A stretch of DNA of 64,000 nt from Candidatus Kaelpia imicola. Lineage in GTDB: Bacteria; Omnitrophota; Gorgyraeia; Kaelpiales; Kaelpiaceae. The stretch lies in assembly GCA_030765505.1 (NCBI GenBank), contig JAVCCL010000025.1, positions 14,865-78,864 on the forward strand, written 5' to 3'. Shown here piece after piece: positions 58,622-64,000 of this stretch (the stretch's first letter is position 1; the number at the start of each line of letters is the position of its first letter). Below the pieces are notes generated by a model, which saw nothing but the letters and a program-made list of their open reading frames with translations, was not told the origin of the DNA and ran no database searches. Made by a program: the position numbers and the translations under genes.

Positions 58622-60382
58622 TTAATTCGCTCCCAAGTCTTGAAGAATAAGATCTAATACTTCTATTACATCATCTATTACATCATCTACATCATCTATT
58701 GATAATGGAGGAGTGATCAAACCATTTAAAACAGCTTCTTTTATCATTAGAATTGCTTGCTCCTGAAGCTCTTCAAGATTATCTCCTGCTATAGATTCCA
58801 ATGCTTTATCAAATTCCATCTCATTAGCAGCCGGGATAATCACAGCCATTACCTCATTTGTCATTCCTAAATCAGCATGCATGATATACTTAACTGTCCA
58901 TTCTGAAAATTCCATTATATTTGTCAAAAAATCCTCTAGCGGCATTTCCGCTATGTTTGCAATCTCTTCACTGTATAGACTTAAAAAATAACTCTGACCA
59001 TCAGCTATGGTTATATTAAACACACCGCTTAACTGCTCATCAGTCAACAAGCCTAAAGAAGCAAGATATGCTCGGGCTACGGCTTCTCCTCCATTATCAA
59101 GCGCTAACCTGTAACCATTGATATGGTCTTCGCTTAACCCGTAACTTGACAACTTACTTCCCTGATTTTTCAGAATTCCCAATCTATTGTCTGCAAGATA
59201 TGCCTCATCTATAGCTCTGTATTCTTCCACCGCTTCTTCAGCCCAATCCTTAACTGTATTAATTCTCGCAAGTACTGAAAATTCCTGCAATTGTTTTTTA
59301 ACTTGATTCGCTATTAGAGAAGTATTATTGGGAGGAGTTCCAGGATCTGGAGAAGTTCCAGGATCTCGAGGATTACGCTGGGCGGCAGGATTAGCAGGAT
59401 TAGCAGCAGCAGGATTTAGTAAATTTCCATCTGCATCATAAAGATGATAACTAATTTGGTCCCCAGTTACAGGATCATAAAACATATCTACGGAAGCAAC
59501 GGTGCCAGTGGAATCTTTCACTTCAGCTGCCGTAATATTATTTCTTTCCGTATCAAACCATCGTACTCCTATCATAGACTCTAAACCCCATATTTCCTCT
59601 CCATTTTTCTCAACAATAACATCTCTTCGAATTTCTGAAGTGAAAATAACCAGACCACCAGCATCTTGTGTTATATCAAAAAATTGACCCTCTCTTGTCC
59701 CTGAAGTTCCATTATAAGAATCTTCGTTAAATAGCGAATACTCCTCTAATAGTTTAGACACAGTTGGTTCTTGCCCAGCTTCCGTTGGTTCCACCGTTGT
59801 TGTTTCTTTTTTTCGCATATAAACCGGTTCTAAGCTACCATCATTATTGATGTCTCGCAAAACAGTAAAAGTCTCAGTAGTAACAGTATAAGCAGGATTA
59901 GTATCAGTAGCAGCATGCGGCTCCTTAATCTCATTTGTAAGAACAATATCTTCTTCAGTGAAATCAGGGACACTTTCCGGTTTTATTCCACTATCAGGGA
60001 ACTCTGAAATCTGAGAAATTAAGGCTTTCAAATCATCACTATACTGTTTTGCAGCATTAAGGTCGCTAAAATGTGCTACTTGGACATTATCTGGGTCTAT
60101 ACCATTTCGCAGAGCTGCAGCTTTAACAGCACTCATTATAGGATCATCTTCTGCTACATCGACAAAGGTTGGTGGTGCCGTCTCTGCTGGCGCTGCTTCT
60201 GGAGCTTCTTCCTCTGGTAGTGGTGCTGGTACTGTTTGCGGAATATATTCGTAGGGGTCGCCAGAATAATAACTACCGCCATAATAGTAGCCATCCGCTA
60301 TATTGCTAAAGAAAATCGGTAGCAAGAGAAATAAACTTGCTATTAAAATCAATCCTGTGTGTTTTTCTTTAATTTTTTCCAT
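58622..60382 (-). CDS. Secreted hypothetical protein with Pro-rich linker
   Basis: N-terminal signal/TM segment and a low-complexity PEEEAPEAAPAETAPP / NPAAANPANPAAQ region. No family recognised. Confidence 0.4.
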   Translation of the reverse strand: MEKIKEKHTGLILIASLFLLLPIFFSNIADGYYYGGSYYSGDPYEYIPQTVPAPLPEEEAPEAAPAETAPPTFVDVAEDDPIMSAVKAAALRNGIDPDNVQVAHFSDLNAAKQYSDDLKALISQISEFPDSGIKPESVPDFTEEDIVLTNEIKEPHAATDTNPAYTVTTETFTVLRDINNDGSLEPVYMRKKETTTVEPTEAGQEPTVSKLLEEYSLFNEDSYNGTSGTREGQFFDITQDAGGLVIFTSEIRRDVIVEKNGEEIWGLESMIGVRWFDTERNNITAAEVKDSTGTVASVDMFYDPVTGDQISYHLYDADGNLLNPAAANPANPAAQRNPRDPGTSPDPGTPPNNTSLIANQVKKQLQEFSVLARINTVKDWAEEAVEEYRAIDEAYLADNRLGILKNQGSKLSSYGLSEDHINGYRLALDNGGEAVARAYLASLGLLTDEQLSGVFNITIADGQSYFLSLYSEEIANIAEMPLEDFLTNIMEFSEWTVKYIMHADLGMTNEVMAVIIPAANEMEFDKALESIAGDNLEELQEQAILMIKEAVLNGLITPPLSIDDVDDVIDDVIEVLDLILQDLGAN

Positions 60383-61338
60383 TATTGACCTCCTACAAAA
60401 GTACCGCTAAGAGTGGTTGAATAATTGTCAATACCATTCTCGAACCATTCAGTATCTACCACAAAAACCGTAGTCGTAATACTGGTACCCGTATGATCTG
60501 TTACTATTGTTATAGAACGCACTAATTGACCCTGATTATTATAGGCTCTATTTGTTTCCGCTCTAGCCTGATTAACATTTATATTACCACCATATAAGTT
60601 TGCTACATCTTCAAGAGTTTTTCCTGTTTCGTTTAAAACCTCACTGTTGGTTTCTATAGCAGCTATTAGCAAGTCCAAGTTTGACCAATCTATACTTTCA
60701 CGATTTACCACCTCAATATACAACGAATTGTACCCCAATAGTTCACGGTCATCAATATTATCTTCCGGATTAGGGTCACCGTATTCAAAATCAGTACTCA
60801 AATTCAGCGTAATAGTACCATCTGCAGCCACAACGGTTGTTAACTGCCTATATGTCTCTCCATTTATAGTCCATGCTTCTGTTACTTTTAAGCTATCTTC
60901 ACCATTCTCATCTGTAATTGTTGATGTTGTCCGAGTATAATTTCCATCAGTGGTTGATTCAATGAATGATTCAAAATGGAATACCCTTTGTACCCACTGC
61001 TCTTCACCGTTAACCAACTCCAATGTCCAAACAATTTTATCACCGGCCTTACCATATATCTCCACACCATCAACGATCATGCTTATTTTCCCACTCGTTT
61101 CTGCAGTAAAATTCCATGCGTTTATTGGGGCACTATCTCCTGGTGGTGTAACATTTGACGGCGGATCCTGCCAAACTACAGGTAGATTGTCAACTTCAGG
61201 AGGAAGATTCCAGTCGCCCGAAACCTCAAAAGCAGATATTGAAAGAATAAATAAACCTAAAACAACTCCGCATGTACTTCTTAATATTCTCTTCATCTTT
61301 CTACCTCCCTTGTTAACTGCATTAATTTGTTTTATCAT
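60382..61338 (-). CDS. Secreted hypothetical protein
   Basis: Signal peptide and a Thr/Asn/Glu-rich sequence. It is in an operon with the flanking secreted proteins. Confidence 0.4.
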   Translation of the reverse strand: MIKQINAVNKGGRKMKRILRSTCGVVLGLFILSISAFEVSGDWNLPPEVDNLPVVWQDPPSNVTPPGDSAPINAWNFTAETSGKISMIVDGVEIYGKAGDKIVWTLELVNGEEQWVQRVFHFESFIESTTDGNYTRTTSTITDENGEDSLKVTEAWTINGETYRQLTTVVAADGTITLNLSTDFEYGDPNPEDNIDDRELLGYNSLYIEVVNRESIDWSNLDLLIAAIETNSEVLNETGKTLEDVANLYGGNINVNQARAETNRAYNNQGQLVRSITIVTDHTGTSITTTVFVVDTEWFENGIDNYSTTLSGTFVGGQ

Positions 61339-61403
61339 TTTTCTTCACTTTAATTATACCACATAAATCTATTTTTGTCAAACATAACCATACCTTTTTA
61401 AAA

Positions 61404-61868
61404 CTATTCATATACTTCCATCTCCTTTTCGCAGCGCTGAAGAAAAGTAAGAAACCACTTTGGAATATTGTATCCCAGCTTCACGGCTTTGTTATAACCC
61501 TTCTTTGCCAATTCTATACTTGGTTCTTCCTTCTTAAGATAAGCCACAGCTATAGCATAATTGGCTTTTGGAGAGTCAGGGTTTAATTTTAAAGATTGAT
61601 TAAGCGAATTTATCGCTTTCTCAAAATTGCCTTCTTCCATATAGCATATCCCTAATTCACGCCAGGCTTTGGCATATTCAGGATTAAGTTTTAAAGCTTC
61701 CTCAAAGCAGTTTTTTGCCTTAGCAATATCTCTATTTATATAATGCAATCTGCCTGATTTAAAATATTCTCCTGATTCTTGAGCTGCTGCTGGTTTTTGC
61801 AAAAATGCTGCAAAACCTATTAGCATTAGAAGAAGACCTATTGAATTAAATTTCTTTTTAAGTTTCAT
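61404..61868 (-). CDS. TPR repeat protein with signal peptide
   Basis: Three TPR-like units (AKNCFEEALKLNPEYAKAWRELGICY...). Confidence 0.65.
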   Translation of the reverse strand: MKLKKKFNSIGLLLMLIGFAAFLQKPAAAQESGEYFKSGRLHYINRDIAKAKNCFEEALKLNPEYAKAWRELGICYMEEGNFEKAINSLNQSLKLNPDSPKANYAIAVAYLKKEEPSIELAKKGYNKAVKLGYNIPKWFLTFLQRCEKEMEVYE

Positions 61869-63984
61869 TATGCCACTCGTCTATTTGTTCAATTGCAATT
61901 TCTAATGCATCCTCAAAGCTCATACCATCATTTTCTGCCATAATATCTGCAACATATCTTGCCCCATCAATAAGAACAGTCATGTCATCATATATATTAA
62001 AGGAACCGTAATAAGATTCAACCGCAGCCCTTAATCCCTCATCATTCAAAGCCTTATAGACATTTCTTCCGTATTCTAAGGCCTCTTGATAAGAGAGATC
62101 ACCTCTTAGATTGCTAACGATAGAAGTATTTATTGCTTCACCTAAACCGTCATATATAATCCCCAATGTTAGAGCAATAGTTATTGCATCTGATGAAGAA
62201 TCTCTATATATCTCTAACGACTGAATAAGCTGACCGAAACTGTTGTATTTTATCTCTTCCTTATGAATATGAGTAACAATACCCGGGGCTACGGAACTAA
62301 CTCTATCTTCATCATATTCTATTACTTGACCCCAAGAATTATACTGTGTGTTTAAACGAGTTATTGTAGTAGTAACTCCTTCTGTAGTAGTTGTCTGAGT
62401 ATAGCTAAGCACACGGCCGTTATCATCATATACCATATCAGACATTTCTAACATCACAGTCTTAGACTGATCTGAAGCAAGGTGGTCTATGGTAGTAATC
62501 TCTTCGGTATAACCTGTAACCTGCTCTAACTCGTTGTAAGTAGTACTTGATCTATTCGTTGTTGTAGTCGTATCTATCTGATGTACTACCCCCTCTTCAT
62601 CAGTATAACTTCCATATCTATGAGTAACTTCAGTATAAGTCGTGCTTAAACCTGAATCCCATTCATCCTCTTCCCAATCCCACACAGACGGCTGATTATA
62701 ACTTATGTTAGTTTTTTCAACGATTGTAGTTAAATCCGGAGCAGCTGAATTATGGATAGTCTCATAAGAATATACCGTCTGACCATCGACAGAATCTCTT
62801 TCAAACTCCGTAGTAATTACCAGGTCAGGATTGGCCTCATCAGTTGTAACCGAAGTACCTGTAGTATGGCTTTGATTACTCTTGGTGCCGCATTCCGTCT
62901 GAACTCCATACCCGTCATAAGTAGCTTTCCAATCAGTCTGAGAACTACCGCTAGAACTATAGTCTGATACAGTCTTTCTACCGGGATATCCTGCATAAGT
63001 AGTAGTAGAGTGTCCTGTACTATTAAATGTAGAACTGCCTTCATAGCTTATCATCTGCCCTAAAGTGTTGTACTTCATATTGGTAACAACGCTGTGGGAG
63101 CTGCTCGTAGATGTAGTCACGGTTGTTTGTGAGCCGTCTTCACTGGTATCGGTATCACTTCCTGAACTCGTACTATCTGAAATATATCCAGTTCTCTGCC
63201 CGTAAGAATTGTAAGTTATACCGTATGTATGAGAGGTATATTGATTATCCTCGGTATCAATTCCGCTCTCATTATATTCAATTATTTGATTCAGCTTATT
63301 ATAGCGGATATTGGTTCTATCAAAAGAGTATGTTCCATCCTTATTGCTGCCTTCTTCATGATAGCTGCTCTTATTACCATTCTCATCATATATTATATTG
63401 GTTATACAAGACTCCCTATGTTCGTCCTCACCATCGTAAATCTCCGTATAGCCGGTAACTTGATTATTATCATTAAAACTGTTATAGATTCTCTCTAAAG
63501 TATAATGGTTGTCTAACCCCTCTGATGCACCCTCATCCGGAAGACCTACTGCATGCCCCTCTTCATAATAACGGACTACTCTATCAAAAATCTTCTCATC
63601 GTACTCAACCTCTATATGAGCATATACAATCTTATCCGGTGTAGTAGAATCATATCTTTCCTCATCCCAACTGATCTCCCGGCCTTTGCTATCATAGCGA
63701 ATATTCGACTTTATCGTCGTAACAAACCCTTCTTCACCTTCATCTTCCTGTTCACTATCTTCTGATTGTTCTCCCGAATCACCCTCTAAAATAGGCTGCA
63801 TCTTTTGATCATCATTACCGCTGCTCACCGGAAGCCGCCCTTCTCTATCGTTACTCTCTTCAGACTCTTCTGCAAAGGATATAACACTATTAAATAAAAA
63901 TAACACTACTATAACATTCGCAATTATTACCAAATATTTATATCCATTCTTATCCATTTTTTCGTAAAACCTATTCGCCTTCAT
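61858..63984 (-). CDS. YD-repeat (Rhs/teneurin-like) secreted protein with S/T-rich linkers
   Basis: At least 12 repeats of the form xxYDxxG(R/Q)xxxY (IRYDSKGREISW, IIYDENGNKSSY, ITYNSYGQRTGY, MKYNTLGQMISY, MVYDDNGRVLSY, TQYNSWGQVIEY, IKYNSFGQLIQS, IIYDGLGEAIN) and an N-terminal TM/signal segment. Confidence 0.5.
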   Translation of the reverse strand: MKANRFYEKMDKNGYKYLVIIANVIVVLFLFNSVISFAEESEESNDREGRLPVSSGNDDQKMQPILEGDSGEQSEDSEQEDEGEEGFVTTIKSNIRYDSKGREISWDEERYDSTTPDKIVYAHIEVEYDEKIFDRVVRYYEEGHAVGLPDEGASEGLDNHYTLERIYNSFNDNNQVTGYTEIYDGEDEHRESCITNIIYDENGNKSSYHEEGSNKDGTYSFDRTNIRYNKLNQIIEYNESGIDTEDNQYTSHTYGITYNSYGQRTGYISDSTSSGSDTDTSEDGSQTTVTTSTSSSHSVVTNMKYNTLGQMISYEGSSTFNSTGHSTTTYAGYPGRKTVSDYSSSGSSQTDWKATYDGYGVQTECGTKSNQSHTTGTSVTTDEANPDLVITTEFERDSVDGQTVYSYETIHNSAAPDLTTIVEKTNISYNQPSVWDWEEDEWDSGLSTTYTEVTHRYGSYTDEEGVVHQIDTTTTTNRSSTTYNELEQVTGYTEEITTIDHLASDQSKTVMLEMSDMVYDDNGRVLSYTQTTTTEGVTTTITRLNTQYNSWGQVIEYDEDRVSSVAPGIVTHIHKEEIKYNSFGQLIQSLEIYRDSSSDAITIALTLGIIYDGLGEAINTSIVSNLRGDLSYQEALEYGRNVYKALNDEGLRAAVESYYGSFNIYDDMTVLIDGARYVADIMAENDGMSFEDALEIAIEQIDEWHNET

Positions 63985-64000
63985 CTTGATTTAAATTTAA

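Overview
This is a 64-kb, low-GC (about 35-45%) bacterial chromosomal segment, almost certainly from a Gram-negative-type organism (lptA/lptB, gmhA/hldE heptose genes, OmpA/Pal-like lipoprotein), and nearly all genes are on the minus strand. Most of the window is ordinary housekeeping: uppS-cdsA-dxr-rseP-ispG-proS, a K+/H+ pyrophosphatase, purA, serA plus a class-V aminotransferase, clpP-tig, hpf-lptB-lptA, aroB, an HD-GYP protein, dgt, HIT, thiC-thiE, gmhA-hldE, pfk, accB-accC-efp-pepP-aroQ, and an M16 peptidase. I found several RNA and small genes that are absent from the ORF track: RNase P RNA (about 7199-7500, minus), four tRNAs (Val-CAC, Met-CAU, Asp-GUC, Gly-CCC), rpsU (58219-58392), and a Trm112-like ORF (54968-55141). 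The first ~5 kb is much more AT-rich (about 20-33% GC). It encodes a cassette of GT-C glycosyltransferase, NTP_transf_5-like nucleotidyltransferase, S24/S26-like peptidase and HprK-related P-loop kinase. Upstream of the kinase operon there is a 557-bp stretch with no track ORF that contains a 58-codon Cys-rich small ORF. I read this cassette as the best candidate for an undescribed peptide or protein modification system. The second accessory feature is a roughly 2,085-aa polytopic membrane protein with a GH94 (cyclic beta-1,2-glucan synthase / cellobiose phosphorylase-like) domain. It is split by a frameshift at a CT repeat, and the surrounding locus also holds two GT-C paralogs and a secreted (alpha/alpha)6 hydrolase-like protein. 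The 3' end carries an operon of secreted proteins that ends in a YD-repeat (Rhs-like) protein.
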